Shown piece after piece: positions 1 through 11,186 of a stretch of DNA of 64,000 nt. The notes below the pieces were generated by a model. That model worked only from the letters and a program-made list of their open reading frames with translations, was not told the DNA's origin and did no database searches. The DNA lies in sequence record MK250027.1; one strand, written 5' to 3'. Position numbers and translations under genes: made by a program. Position 1 is the first letter of the stretch. Each line of letters begins with the position of its first letter.

Positions 1-11
1 TTACTCATAAC

Positions 12-380
12 TTATCTTACCCATTCATTAATATAACCATATTCATTACGTGCATTCTCTGGATAGCGGTTATCAACATCATGTTTCCAACTAAGAAATT
101 CTTCTTCTGTAAAATAACTGTTAGTATACCAGAAATTACAATCACTACCATCACTTGTCTGATGATGATACCTTATCAAATTTGTTCTAGTATTCCATGA
201 TAATGTATCATTATAATTGTATACAGTTTTACCTGTTTTTATATATGATAAAAGTTCTTCCCATGATTTAAAACCATGCTCTTTATAATGTTGTAGTTCT
301 TTCATCTTTTTTTCTTTAAGACGAAAGTTTTCCTCTTCATCAAACTTATTTTTTAACTCACTTAAAACATGATTATCCAT
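12..380 (-). CDS. hypothetical protein (122 aa)
   Basis: ORF track, ATG to TAA; no motif recognised. Confidence 0.7.
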   Translation of the reverse strand: MDNHVLSELKNKFDEEENFRLKEKKMKELQHYKEHGFKSWEELLSYIKTGKTVYNYNDTLSWNTRTNLIRYHHQTSDGSDCNFWYTNSYFTEEEFLSWKHDVDNRYPENARNEYGYINEWVR

Positions 381-382
381 AA

Positions 383-565
383 TTACTCAATTGTTTTAGA
401 TTCAACAACAAGACCATTGCCTATACTAGTTGCAACACGAGATGCATATTCAATATTATTGTAAACTCCATAATACCAATAACCATCTGGACATTCTCTT
501 ACAACAGTATAAGGATATTCAGTTTTATACTCGTTAAACTTATTTGGTAAATTATTTACAACCAT
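383..565 (-). CDS. hypothetical protein (60 aa)
   Basis: ORF track; abuts the next gene and lies downstream of the promoter at 613-621. Confidence 0.65.
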   Translation of the reverse strand: MVVNNLPNKFNEYKTEYPYTVVRECPDGYWYYGVYNNIEYASRVATSIGNGLVVESKTIE

Positions 566-612
566 AATTTTTATATTTTAAATTATTATTTTTAATTGTT
601 ATTTTTATAATA

Positions 613-621
613 CAAAGATAC
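613..621 (-). promoter_or_regulatory. Bacteroidetes-type -7 promoter element GTATCTTTG (host-RNAP, early type)
   Basis: Matches TAnnTTTG; intergenic and pointing at the downstream gene; one of nine GTATCTTTG copies. Confidence 0.7.
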
Positions 622-643
622 ACATTTTGTTTTAAATAAAAAA

Positions 644-1585
644 TTAATCTGGTAAAACTTCAATATTTTTTAGCATTTTAAAGTCATTAATTTTATATTT
701 TAATGTAAACTTTATATTATTACCATTTCTAATAGAACCATTTCTATACATCCATAAGTAATTATAGCTTTTACAATAAATGCCTGCTCCATTATTATAT
801 TTTTCACAACACATCAAACGTGTATGTTCTCTCAATGCTGTATCAGACCAAATAAATTCTACTTTATTACCTAAATTATCTTTTAATATAAAACTATAAA
901 ACCCAAATACATTAAGTTTATTAACAATACCTTGATAATTATTTACTTGATACCTTACATATTCATCAGACATATCATATTTTTTATAAATATCTCTTAA
1001 TGAATTATTGTATATATTATTAAAGGTTTTCTGTTGTTCTATGTTAACTGTACATTTAATACAAATATTAAGATATACAAAATTTCCTTCGACTTTTGGT
1101 TCACCTACAGTTAATGAATAATTATACATTTTACATGCAGTTTCAGTAAGTTTTTCTAAGAAATGATTAAATGATATATCAGTATTTCCTCTATTCGTTG
1201 CTTTAATTTCTCTATTAGCAATTAATCTAGAACCATCAATAGAAACTGATGAACCATGATTTTCTACATAATTATTAAGTTTATCAAGTGATACGACAAC
1301 ACTTAACTTAATAGTATGAGAAGATTCATTATATGATATTTCTTTATATGATTTGATATTACCATTTGTAATCATAACAGTTTCATCCGAAAACAAATCA
1401 TTTGTATCAATAGATGAACGAGATGATATATATGTACCATATGCTTCTGTTAATGCAAATCTTAATGCGGACATTGTTGCTTCTGATTTATTCTTACCAG
1501 TTCCCTCTGATACAATAGTAACATCATTTCCAAAACAACTAATTGTTATAATAGAAAGAAATAAAAATATAATAAATCTTCTCAT
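644..1585 (-). CDS. secreted protein, LPP20-like domain (313 aa)
   Basis: N-terminal signal peptide; SEGTGKNKSEATMSALRFALTEAYGTYISS resembles LPP20-like lipoprotein motif. Confidence 0.6.
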   Translation of the reverse strand: MRRFIIFLFLSIITISCFGNDVTIVSEGTGKNKSEATMSALRFALTEAYGTYISSRSSIDTNDLFSDETVMITNGNIKSYKEISYNESSHTIKLSVVVSLDKLNNYVENHGSSVSIDGSRLIANREIKATNRGNTDISFNHFLEKLTETACKMYNYSLTVGEPKVEGNFVYLNICIKCTVNIEQQKTFNNIYNNSLRDIYKKYDMSDEYVRYQVNNYQGIVNKLNVFGFYSFILKDNLGNKVEFIWSDTALREHTRLMCCEKYNNGAGIYCKSYNYLWMYRNGSIRNGNNIKFTLKYKINDFKMLKNIEVLPD

Positions 1586-1592
1586 AATGAAT

Positions 1593-2138
1593 TTACTTTT
1601 TTAACTTAATATAATAAATGTAAACATTTGTATTTCGTTCAGTTATCTTCTTTAACATAGAAAGATTCCTAACTTCACCAATAGATGATTGAACTATTTC
1701 ATCTGTAAACGTATAACTATCTGAATTATGCGAATTTTCATTCATATTCGTTGATGTTGATGCACTTATATCAGAATTACCCAAATCATTATTTCCATCA
1801 GAATTTTCTGTATAGAGATTTGATTCTGAATCTTCTACATTATATACAGAATAAGAACGGTTCCTGGCACCTTTTAGAAATTCAACGACTGAACGAGTTG
1901 CCTTCATATTAGCAATTCTATCAATGTATTCAGGATTCCTATTATTTGCAATTTTAATAATGGAAACAAGAACATTACCGTTTGATGTCTTATAAACATT
2001 ACATCCTGTTACACCATTTTCTATATATTCTGATACGACCTTATTACGAAGTTTTACTTTATTCTTTTCACTAATTGCTTGTGAAAAACTATTTGTATAC
2101 ATAAAGATACAAATAAGGAAAGATAGAATATATTTCAT
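1593..2138 (-). CDS. secreted protein, possibly LPP20-like (181 aa)
   Basis: Signal peptide; RIANMKATRSVVEFLKG segment; operon context. Confidence 0.55.
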   Translation of the reverse strand: MKYILSFLICIFMYTNSFSQAISEKNKVKLRNKVVSEYIENGVTGCNVYKTSNGNVLVSIIKIANNRNPEYIDRIANMKATRSVVEFLKGARNRSYSVYNVEDSESNLYTENSDGNNDLGNSDISASTSTNMNENSHNSDSYTFTDEIVQSSIGEVRNLSMLKKITERNTNVYIYYIKLKK

Positions 2139-2197
2139 AACCTATAATATAATTAATGTTAAACTATATTTTACTTAATTTTATTTAATGTTATCAG

Positions 2198-2872
2198 TTA
2201 ATCTTCTGATGAGACAGATTCATTATCATCAGATGCTTTTCTCTTTTTATCAGCTTGATAACTATCAAGTTCATCCCATGCTTCCATCATATCACGTTCA
2301 AATTCTTTTTCTTTCTTAAGAATCGTACGATCTTGCTTCTTCATTGTATCAATAATATTCTCCTTATCATACTTTACACAAACTTCAAATCGATACATAT
2401 TCTTATAACGATTATAATATTTTGCTACTTTAACAACAGAAATACCTTCAGTGATTCCCTTACATGCAGTTACGATTTGCTCACGAGATTTATTACTGAT
2501 AGTTGATCCTTCATCTGTTTCCAATTCATCATTATATTGATCAATGCCATAGCGAATATAAAGTTCCATCTTTTGACGAATACTTGCAGATGCCGCAGCC
2601 TTTGCCTTGTTAAGTGCAAACATTTGGTTCTTTGATTCACCAATACCATAAGCACGGATTTCGTCTGTACCAGTTTCCAATGCATATTCCATTACTGGTG
2701 ATATATCATCAAATGAATATCCATCATTTTTTGGACCATATTCATTAATATACTGTTGCAACTTTTGATTCTCTACACGGAGATTATGAATCTCTGTAGT
2801 ATCCTTTTTACTTGCATAACTTGTAACCGTAATCGCAAACATTGCGATAATCATAAAAATAAATTTCTTCAT
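2198..2872 (-). CDS. secreted protein, LPP20-like (224 aa)
   Basis: Signal peptide; AYGIGESKNQMFALNKAKAAASASI motif. Confidence 0.6.
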   Translation of the reverse strand: MKKFIFMIIAMFAITVTSYASKKDTTEIHNLRVENQKLQQYINEYGPKNDGYSFDDISPVMEYALETGTDEIRAYGIGESKNQMFALNKAKAAASASIRQKMELYIRYGIDQYNDELETDEGSTISNKSREQIVTACKGITEGISVVKVAKYYNRYKNMYRFEVCVKYDKENIIDTMKKQDRTILKKEKEFERDMMEAWDELDSYQADKKRKASDDNESVSSED

Positions 2873-2925
2873 AACGTATAAGTTTTTTAAAAAATTAATA
2901 ATACTTTATTTAATTTAAACTAATA

Positions 2926-2934
2926 CAAAGATAC
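2926..2934 (-). promoter_or_regulatory. GTATCTTTG promoter element
   Basis: TAnnTTTG match upstream of the 2872 start. Confidence 0.7.
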
Positions 2935-3005
2935 ATAAAATAATTATAATAAAAAAATATAAACTACAAATATAAGTTAATAAATAAGAAAATATTTTAA
3001 TTAAT

Positions 3006-3291
3006 ATGGAAAGATTATATAAAGAATTAATTAAAGATATATCAATAAGTGTAAAGTAGGCAATAGAAGAATCAATAGGTACATTACAAACTGATAATGA
3101 TATAGATATAATATATATATATACGTAATAATATTAATAATTTAGATTTAAGTGAGTTTAATTATGATATATTAAATTATCTGATACCTGATAAAGAAAC
3201 ATTAATTAATACAGTATTATGTAAAATGTCGGTATCTGACGAAACAATTAATAATATAATGTTATAGATAAAAAATAAGTGTAAAAAATAA
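3006..3291 (+). pseudogene. small TAG-recoded gene frameshifted in an (AT)6 run
   Basis: MERLYKELIKDISISVK(TAG)AIEE... reaches TAA at 3126; another frame continues to TAA 3289-3291; adding one AT unit at 3111-3122 would fuse them into 95 aa. Confidence 0.5.
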
Positions 3292-3346
3292 CTTTTTAAC
3301 ATTTTTAGATATATAATAAAAAGATTTTTTCGATTAAATAAGATTT

Positions 3347-5251
3347 ATGGTAAGCAAGAAGAGTTTAGAAAGTAAGTATCAAAGTATGTCGGAATTAGAT
3401 CATATCTTGAATAGATCAGGTATGTATATAGGTTCCGTAAAGAATGAGAATAAGCAAATGTTTTTATATTCATCAGATGATGCAAAGATGAAATTAGTTG
3501 ATGTTGAATATACACCAGCATTGTTAAAGATGTTGGATGAGATTATATCAAATTCATGTGATGAGTATAGAAGAATAGATAATATGGGATTGACAGAAAT
3601 GTCTGTTACCATTGATAAGCATGGACGAGTAATCGTAAGAGATAATGGTGGTATTCCTGTTGTTAAACATAAGGAAGCAGGAATTTATATTCCTGAATTT
3701 ATATTCTCACAACTAAGGACAAGTAGTAATTTTGATGATTCAGAAGATAGAGATGTAATAGGTACAAACGGTCTTGGTAGTAAAATTTGTAATATATTCT
3801 CTACGTTTTTTTCTATATATACAGCAGATAAGAAACATTCATATTATAGATCATGGAAGAATAACATGCGAGAAATGAATGATGATTTACAAGTTAAGAC
3901 CACGAAAGATCATTTTACAGAAAGTACATTTGACGTTGATTTTTCCAGATTTGAATGTGGTAATGAGTTCTCGGAAGATTTTATTAATATTATAGAAAAA
4001 CGTTGTATTGATGCAGCTGCCGCTAATATAGGTTTAACTGTTCATTTTAAATATACAAATGGTAATGATGTTGTTAGAGAATCTGAATGGCATTTTCGTG
4101 CATTTGATGAGTATATTGATTTATTTTCTGATTATGTAGATACAGAACAAATGTTGAAGTTTTCTGATTCTATCATGCAAGTTTGGGTATTTCCTGATAA
4201 TGGTATTAATGTTGGATTTGTGAATGGTGCTGAATGCTCAAGAGGAACACATATCAAAGCGGTTAGAAATGAAATTAATTCTGCTGTATCTGCATATCTT
4301 TTATCAAAAGAAAAAATTGATATTACGCCAAAGAATGTAGATGGAAAATATTCAATGTTCTGTACATTCCATGTTAATAATCCGTCTTATGATTCACAGA
4401 CAAAGGAATGTTTGACAACAGTAGTTGAAAGATTTTCAAATGATAATAAGTATACATTTAAGGTACCAGATTCATTTATTAAGTCTGTTTTGAAATCAGA
4501 GATTGTAGATATTGTAATAGATTGGTATAAACAAAAATGTGAAGTAGAGGATCAAAAAACATTAAGAAAACTTAATAGACAAGCTAAAGCGAAAATTCGT
4601 AATAATGATAAATTCATTGATGCAAATTCTAAAAGATCAGCTGATAGAGAGCTTTGGATATTCGAGGGTGATTCTGCACGCGCAGGATTTAGAGCAGCAA
4701 GAGACCCACAAACACAAGCAGCATATATGTTACGAGGAGTAATTCTTAATGTAATGGGACTTGCTCCAACAAAGATTATGGCAAATAAAGAGTTGTCTGA
4801 TTTATTTAATATCATCGGTTTACAATGGGGTGAACCTGTAGATGTGAAGAAATTGAATTTCAGTAAATTGGTTATAGCAACAGATGCTGATTTTGATGGT
4901 AGTAAAATCGCAGGTCTTCTTTTAACATTCTTTAATTTATGGCCAGAACTTTATGATGCAGGTTTAATTTGTAGATGTATTACACCTATTATTAAAGCTG
5001 TTAAAGGAAACGATGTTCAGAAATTTTATACGATGGATGAATTTAGGAAGAAAGAAAATTCATTGAAAGGATACAAGATAACATATTTAAAAGGTCTTGG
5101 CTCAAGTACGAATGAAGATTATAAGGATATGATGAGAAATTCTGTTCTTCATTTCTTTAAGAAAGATGAACTTTCTGATATGACTATTAAAACATGGTTT
5201 GGAAAGGGTATTGCAAAAGAGAGAAAATCATTACTTAAGAATGAAGTTTAA
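3347..5251 (+). CDS. DNA topoisomerase II large subunit (T4 gp39+gp60-like; GHKL ATPase + TOPRIM)
   Basis: LDEIISNSCDE, DNGGIP, GTNGLGSK ATPase motifs; EGDSA, DADFDG, YLKGLGS TOPRIM motifs. Confidence 0.95.
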   Translation: MVSKKSLESKYQSMSELDHILNRSGMYIGSVKNENKQMFLYSSDDAKMKLVDVEYTPALLKMLDEIISNSCDEYRRIDNMGLTEMSVTIDKHGRVIVRDNGGIPVVKHKEAGIYIPEFIFSQLRTSSNFDDSEDRDVIGTNGLGSKICNIFSTFFSIYTADKKHSYYRSWKNNMREMNDDLQVKTTKDHFTESTFDVDFSRFECGNEFSEDFINIIEKRCIDAAAANIGLTVHFKYTNGNDVVRESEWHFRAFDEYIDLFSDYVDTEQMLKFSDSIMQVWVFPDNGINVGFVNGAECSRGTHIKAVRNEINSAVSAYLLSKEKIDITPKNVDGKYSMFCTFHVNNPSYDSQTKECLTTVVERFSNDNKYTFKVPDSFIKSVLKSEIVDIVIDWYKQKCEVEDQKTLRKLNRQAKAKIRNNDKFIDANSKRSADRELWIFEGDSARAGFRAARDPQTQAAYMLRGVILNVMGLAPTKIMANKELSDLFNIIGLQWGEPVDVKKLNFSKLVIATDADFDGSKIAGLLLTFFNLWPELYDAGLICRCITPIIKAVKGNDVQKFYTMDEFRKKENSLKGYKITYLKGLGSSTNEDYKDMMRNSVLHFFKKDELSDMTIKTWFGKGIAKERKSLLKNEV

Positions 5252-5257
5252 TTATAT

Positions 5258-5298
5258 AATTCCATATGTTAATAAATTTTAAACATATGGAATTTTTT
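5258..5298 (+). terminator. intrinsic terminator
   Basis: AATTCCATATGTT / AACATATGGAATT 13-bp stem followed by a T run. Confidence 0.75.
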
Positions 5299-5315
5299 AT
5301 TATATAATAATGTGT

Positions 5316-5324
5316 GTATCTTTG
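5316..5324 (+). promoter_or_regulatory. GTATCTTTG promoter element
   Basis: TAnnTTTG match upstream of the 5358 start. Confidence 0.7.
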
Positions 5325-5357
5325 TGATAATATATAAAATTAAATAAAAAATAAATT

Positions 5358-6302
5358 ATGAATAAAGAATTATTAAAAGAAAATATATCGGAATCCGTTA
5401 AAGATATATTAAAGAAATATAATATTAGTGATATTAATGAATCAAATATATTAATATCTATAAATAATTGTATAGATAATATATTTGAAGGAATAGATAT
5501 AGATCAAAGAAAACGACTTGTATCATTTAATCCAAATCATCAGAATTATGTAGATACAAATGATCCATGGAATCCAAAACCTATATATAATGAAGTAGAA
5601 GGTTATAAGGTAATTTCAATATTTAAACGTAAAGAAACTGAAGATAAACATGATGGAAATCCTGTTATATATGCACTTAAAGATATAAGAGGATGGAAAT
5701 TTAAAAATCCATCATATGACATATTTGCATTATTACGTAGATTTGTTTCAGTAACAAAAGAGCTTAAAGAAAATTTTGATGTTATTATTACCACACCATC
5801 TTCTAATAAATTAAATACCGAAGTTTTATATAGAATAAGGAGACTTATAAATCATGAAACATCATATGAGGATTTCTTTTATAAATATGGTGCTAATGAT
5901 GTGTATGAAAATTTTCTTGATACTAATTATCTAGAAACACATTATAATGAAGATGAGCAGGAACATATACATGATTTATTATATGAAGCAATTTCTAATA
6001 TGATGAAACCTAAAGAAAACAAAGGTAATGATGGTATTTTTTCTTATAAATTTATACCCCAACAAGAATTACGAAAATGTATTATAAAATCATTAGGCAT
6101 TAATAAATTGTATAAAGATGAAATAACATATGGTAAGTATTTAAATGGTAAGAAAATACTGGTTATAGATGATACAGTCACATCGGGTAAAACCATATCT
6201 GATTCGGCGACAGCAATAAAAGATATGTATGATCCAGAATCTATAACATTTTTAACTTTATTTTCACCATTAGAACGAAATAAAAATAATTTAGAAAAAT
6301 GA
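5358..6302 (+). CDS. phosphoribosyltransferase-fold protein, paralog A (314 aa)
   Basis: [19 protein letters not shown]-binding loop; ITTPSS motif. Confidence 0.8.
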   Translation: MNKELLKENISESVKDILKKYNISDINESNILISINNCIDNIFEGIDIDQRKRLVSFNPNHQNYVDTNDPWNPKPIYNEVEGYKVISIFKRKETEDKHDGNPVIYALKDIRGWKFKNPSYDIFALLRRFVSVTKELKENFDVIITTPSSNKLNTEVLYRIRRLINHETSYEDFFYKYGANDVYENFLDTNYLETHYNEDEQEHIHDLLYEAISNMMKPKENKGNDGIFSYKFIPQQELRKCIIKSLGINKLYKDEITYGKYLNGKKILVIDDTVTSGKTISDSATAIKDMYDPESITFLTLFSPLERNKNNLEK

Positions 6303-7177
6303 ATATTATAGATGGGAAATTAATATCAACTCAAATTAAAGAAGAAATAAAAAATGAAGTTGATAATATTATAAATAAAGGAGGACGACAACCACATCTT
6401 GTAGCAATAATAGTAGGTCATGATGGAGGATCTGAAACATATGTACGAAATAAAGTTAAAGCTTGTGAAGCATGTGGATTTAAAAGTACAGTATACCAAT
6501 ATGAAGATAATATATCAGAAGAAGATTTAATTAATAAAATTATATTATTAAATAATAATCCGAATGTAGATGGTTTTATAGTTCAACTTCCATTACCTAA
6601 ACATATTAATGAACAAAAAATAATTGAAACAATTGATTATAAAAAGGATGTAGATGGTTTTCATCCAATTAATGTAGGACGATTAAATATAGGTTTACCT
6701 TGTTATATATCAGCTACGCCAAAAGGTATTTTTGAATTATTGAAAAGATATAATATTGAAACAAAAGGAAAACATTGTGTTATTATTGGACGTAGTAATA
6801 TTGTTGGTAAACCTATGTCTACATTGATGGTTCAAAAACAATATGGAGATTCAACAGTAACAGTATGCCATTCACATACTGAGAATTTAAAGGAAATAAC
6901 AAAACATGCAGATATATTAATTGTAGCTCTTGGTAAACCTGAATTTGTAACTGCAGATATGATAAAAGAAAATGCAGTTGTTATTGATGTTGGTACAACA
7001 CGAATTCCTGATAATACAAAAAAGTCAGGATTTAGATTATGTGGAGATGTAAAATATAATGAAGTTGCACCGTTATGTAGTTATATTACACCTGTACCTG
7101 GAGGAGTCGGACCTATGACGATTGCAATGCTTATGCAAAATACATTATCTGCGTATAAACATGAAATATATGATTAA
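6299..7177 (+). CDS. folD: bifunctional methylenetetrahydrofolate dehydrogenase/cyclohydrolase
   Basis: [44 protein letters not shown] motifs. Confidence 0.97.
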   Translation: MNIIDGKLISTQIKEEIKNEVDNIINKGGRQPHLVAIIVGHDGGSETYVRNKVKACEACGFKSTVYQYEDNISEEDLINKIILLNNNPNVDGFIVQLPLPKHINEQKIIETIDYKKDVDGFHPINVGRLNIGLPCYISATPKGIFELLKRYNIETKGKHCVIIGRSNIVGKPMSTLMVQKQYGDSTVTVCHSHTENLKEITKHADILIVALGKPEFVTADMIKENAVVIDVGTTRIPDNTKKSGFRLCGDVKYNEVAPLCSYITPVPGGVGPMTIAMLMQNTLSAYKHEIYD

Positions 7178-7196
7178 TTATTAAAATGAATAAATT

Positions 7197-7751
7197 ATGA
7201 CTATTATATTTTCAAATATGTTAGATCCAGATTGTCAAGTTATTAGAAATGCATGGCAAGGATTAGATAATATACATCTTATAGAAATAACACCAGATAT
7301 AGATGGTTATGAAGATATAGTTAATAATGCAATTATATCAGAAGATGATACTATATTATTTTTGGGACATGGTACAGCAAAAGGTTTATTATTTCCAAAT
7401 TTTAATAAAGAAAAATATTTATTACATGAATTTAATATAAATTTAGTTCATGCAAAAAATATAATATGTTGTTGGTGTTATGCATCAGATTTTGTAATTA
7501 ATAATAACTTACATAATACATTCTCAACATCTATGTTTATTTCTAATACAAATGAAGCAAATGATAATGGTATAGATAATTATACACAAAAACAAATTAA
7601 TATAAATGGTGAGAGATTTTATAGTAATATAAATCAATTATTGAAATATAATATACCATTGAATGAATGGGTAATGCAATTGGGTGCAAAGATGGATATT
7701 GAAAATGAAATAGATACATTTAATAGACAAGGATTATTTTATAAAGAATAA
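7197..7751 (+). CDS. hypothetical protein (184 aa)
   Basis: ORF track; FLGHG and CCWCYA motifs, family not recognised. Confidence 0.75.
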   Translation: MTIIFSNMLDPDCQVIRNAWQGLDNIHLIEITPDIDGYEDIVNNAIISEDDTILFLGHGTAKGLLFPNFNKEKYLLHEFNINLVHAKNIICCWCYASDFVINNNLHNTFSTSMFISNTNEANDNGIDNYTQKQININGERFYSNINQLLKYNIPLNEWVMQLGAKMDIENEIDTFNRQGLFYKE

Positions 7752-7786
7752 AAAAGGAAGATACAATAATAAGTATCTTCCTTTTT
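7751..7786. terminator. bidirectional terminator
   Basis: AAAAAGGAAGATAC / GTATCTTCCTTTTT between convergent genes. Confidence 0.8.
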
Positions 7787-7791
7787 ATATA

Positions 7792-9252
7792 TTAAATTAA
7801 TTTACCTTTTATAATATCTTCTTTGATAATATTAAACAATTTTTCTCCAAAAGCATTTAAATCTTTAACAACACATGTATAAACTGCATCATCTGAATCT
7901 CTATAAGCATATGCATTATCAGATATATATTTGTTCCTATATGTATCAGATGGTGAAAGTTTTGTTAAATTAATTAATACATCAGATTTATTCATATCTG
8001 AACTTCCAGACTGTAAATAACATTGTATAATAAATTTACGCACATCGGTATTATAATATAATGATTTAATAGCTCCACTCCAATCATTATAATTAACATT
8101 AATTAATTTATCAGGATTATTCTTTAATATTTGCTTAATATTTTCTTTTACCCATTCAAAATAATTAGAAGGATTACTATCCATATTATATTTAATTAAA
8201 GTTTCTTCACTATGTTCTGCATTTCCTGATTCATCTCCCGTTTGTTTATATTTAATATAAGGTTTAACGATATATAAAAATACTCCTTTTGAAAATAATT
8301 TTATTATATTAGGCTTATTTTCAAAATATCTACATGCAGTGAAATTATATTTAAATAAATTATTTCCATCAAATTTTTCATTGAAATCACGTCGTCTTGC
8401 ATCTGGTGCGAATGACGCAGCTTCATTATGAATAAAACAATCATATGAATTTTCCTTTATATCAATAGTTAAATATTGATAAAATGTATCCCAACCTCTT
8501 TTTCTAGTGCCTACATTTTCATAAATTTCAAATAATACATCATTTGTACTTTTAAATAATTTATTAAAATTAACAATATCATTTTGAAGTAAACTGATAA
8601 GTTTATCAAAGTTCTATCCAGATTTTCTAACTAAACTATTTACATATTTTTCAATATCTACTTCACATTTATCAAATGCTTTGTTATAACTACCAACAAA
8701 ACTGGTTTTTAAATCATTGCTATCATATAATGATACAGGTATATGTTGTATAAGTGAATCTAGTATTGTAATATATTTTTTATTAATAGGTGAACGTTTA
8801 GCACGTGGTTTTGAAACATTAGGAGTTGAAATTACAGGTTCAGTTACACGTGTTTTTCTAGAAACCGGTTGTTTTTGTACAGGTTCAGATGAAATACCCA
8901 TATTAATATTATATAGCTATTGAATTTCTTCTATAGTTCCACCCAAATCTAATATTCTGTGTCCAAATAATTTGAATACTTTAATTTTATCTATATCTCT
9001 TTCACTTTTTGGACATGGTTTTTTCATAATAATTAAAGCTGCAACATATCTGTTAAGTAAATCATCCTTAGTAAGTTTCTTCATAGGTTTTACCAACTCA
9101 CATTCAGTAGCTTTATTTCTTGAACAAACTGACGCAACACTTAACCATAATTTCCTATCTAATGTTCTATGGTCAATACGTTTTGCCATTTCATTTAATG
9201 ATTTCTTTAAACTATATGATATACCATTCATTAATTCTTTATATAATGACAT
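7792..9252 (-). CDS. TAG-recoded hypothetical protein (486 aa, 2 TAG)
   Basis: Three in-frame track ORFs (8917-9252, 8614-8901, 7792-8184) join across TAGs at 8917 and 8614; N-terminal domain paralogous to the 39832 gene. Confidence 0.8.
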
Positions 9253-9330
9253 TGTGTTTAATATTAAAACTTTTTATATTTATTTGTTTTAATAGTAAAG
9301 ACTTTATGTTTCCTAATTAATAAAATAAAT

Positions 9331-9339
9331 GTATCTTTG
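9331..9339 (+). promoter_or_regulatory. GTATCTTTG promoter element
   Basis: TAnnTTTG match upstream of the 9367 start. Confidence 0.7.
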
Positions 9340-9366
9340 TATATAAATTAAAAATAATAGTTAGTT

Positions 9367-10293
9367 ATGACTAAAGATGAATTGAAAAATATTGTTTCCT
9401 CTGTTATGAGTGAAACTTTAAAAAAATATAATATTAATGAAATTGAAACAAATAATATGTTATTTTCATTAAATGAATATATGGATAATCATATGTTTGA
9501 AGGAATAGATGTAGATGATGAAAATCATATTGTTTCATTTAATCCTAATCATCAAGAATATGTAGATACAAATGATCATTGGAATCCAAAACCTATATAT
9601 AATGAAATAAATGGTTATAAGGTAATATCTATATTCAAACGAAAGGATACAGAAAATAATTTAGACGGTAATCCTTTAATTTATGCATTAAAAGGTCATA
9701 AATGGAAGTTTAAGAATCCATCATATGATATATTCGCGTTATTACGTAGATTCGTTGCAGTAACAAAAGAACTTAAAGAAACATATGATGTAATTATAAC
9801 AACACCATCATCTAATAAATTAAATACTGAAGTATTATATAAAGTTAGAAGGTTGATAAAACATGAAACTTCATATGAAGATTTCTTTATGAAGAATGAT
9901 GCTATTTATGTATATGAAGAATTATTGGATAATAATTGGATTGAAAAACATTATAATGAAAAAGATGCAAAACGAATAGATACTGAAATATATAGGGCTA
10001 TTTGTCGCATACAAAAATCAAAAGATAACGGAGGTAATGATGGTGTTTTTTCATATAAGTTTATACGAAATAAAGATGTAAGAAATGCAATAATTCAATC
10101 CATGAGTATAAATGATATGTATAAAGATGAAATAACATATGGTAAGTATTTAAATGGAAAGAAAATATTGGTTATAGATGATACAGTTACATCTGGTAAG
10201 ACTATATCTGATTCTGCTGAAGCAATTATTGAAACATATGCACCAGAATCTATAACATTCCTAACTTTATTTTCACCTTTAATGTCTGAATAA
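9367..10293 (+). CDS. phosphoribosyltransferase-fold protein, paralog B (308 aa)
   Basis: [15 protein letters not shown]; colinear with and highly similar to 5358-6302. Confidence 0.8.
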   Translation: MTKDELKNIVSSVMSETLKKYNINEIETNNMLFSLNEYMDNHMFEGIDVDDENHIVSFNPNHQEYVDTNDHWNPKPIYNEINGYKVISIFKRKDTENNLDGNPLIYALKGHKWKFKNPSYDIFALLRRFVAVTKELKETYDVIITTPSSNKLNTEVLYKVRRLIKHETSYEDFFMKNDAIYVYEELLDNNWIEKHYNEKDAKRIDTEIYRAICRIQKSKDNGGNDGVFSYKFIRNKDVRNAIIQSMSINDMYKDEITYGKYLNGKKILVIDDTVTSGKTISDSAEAIIETYAPESITFLTLFSPLMSE

Positions 10294-10295
10294 TT

Positions 10296-11168
10296 ATGAA
10301 GAAATTATTTAATTTAAATAATAATATTTGTGACCAAATATTAAATGAAGCACAAATACATTTTACAAAGAATTGTTCAAATAAATGTCCATTTTGTATA
10401 GATGCATTTAATAACGGTGTTGGAAATTCAAAACCTGATATTGATAAGATATTTTTATCAGTTTTAAATATAAAAGATAAAATTGATGAAATTGCAGTGT
10501 CTGGGGGCGAACCTATGCTTTATATAGAAGACTTACTTAAGTTGGTAAAGAATATAAAAAGATTTGCTAAATTACCGGTTACTGTAATTACATCAATGCC
10601 TATACCATGCTGGACAGAAAAGGAAACATTCTTTGAAATTATAAAAGTGATAGATCATTTAATCATATCACCACAACATTACGATCAAGAAGTTGGTGAC
10701 AAAATAAGACATAGTGTTTCACTTTATAATAGAGATAGATTATTTGAAGAAATTCCATATAAGAATAAAGTTTCATTAACACTAAATGCTATTAAAGGAT
10801 ATTTAGATTCAAAAGAAGATTTTATTGATAATATTAAACATTTTGAAAAATTAGGGTATTCTCATTTTAAGTTAGCAGAAATGTTTGAACATGATGAACT
10901 TTATGTTTCATTAGAGGATATATTTGGATTTAAATTACCTAAACCATTCGCTTATGGTTGTAGTAATAAACATTTTGATTTATCACCATATTTAGGATAT
11001 AAATCAAATTCAGATTTTACAATAAAAAGATGTTGTTTTTATAAAACACATAAACAACATGCATCAATAAATGATTTATTGAAAATACTAATAAGACCAT
11101 TATTTTCAAAGAAATATTTCTTTTGTATAATATATGAAAATGGTGAAATTGTTCAGAGATGGTCATAA
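10296..11168 (+). CDS. radical SAM protein (290 aa)
   Basis: CSNKCPFC (CxxxCxxC) and SGGEP motifs. Confidence 0.85.
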   Translation: MKKLFNLNNNICDQILNEAQIHFTKNCSNKCPFCIDAFNNGVGNSKPDIDKIFLSVLNIKDKIDEIAVSGGEPMLYIEDLLKLVKNIKRFAKLPVTVITSMPIPCWTEKETFFEIIKVIDHLIISPQHYDQEVGDKIRHSVSLYNRDRLFEEIPYKNKVSLTLNAIKGYLDSKEDFIDNIKHFEKLGYSHFKLAEMFEHDELYVSLEDIFGFKLPKPFAYGCSNKHFDLSPYLGYKSNSDFTIKRCCFYKTHKQHASINDLLKILIRPLFSKKYFFCIIYENGEIVQRWS

Positions 11169-11186
11169 AATTAAATAAAAATAAAA

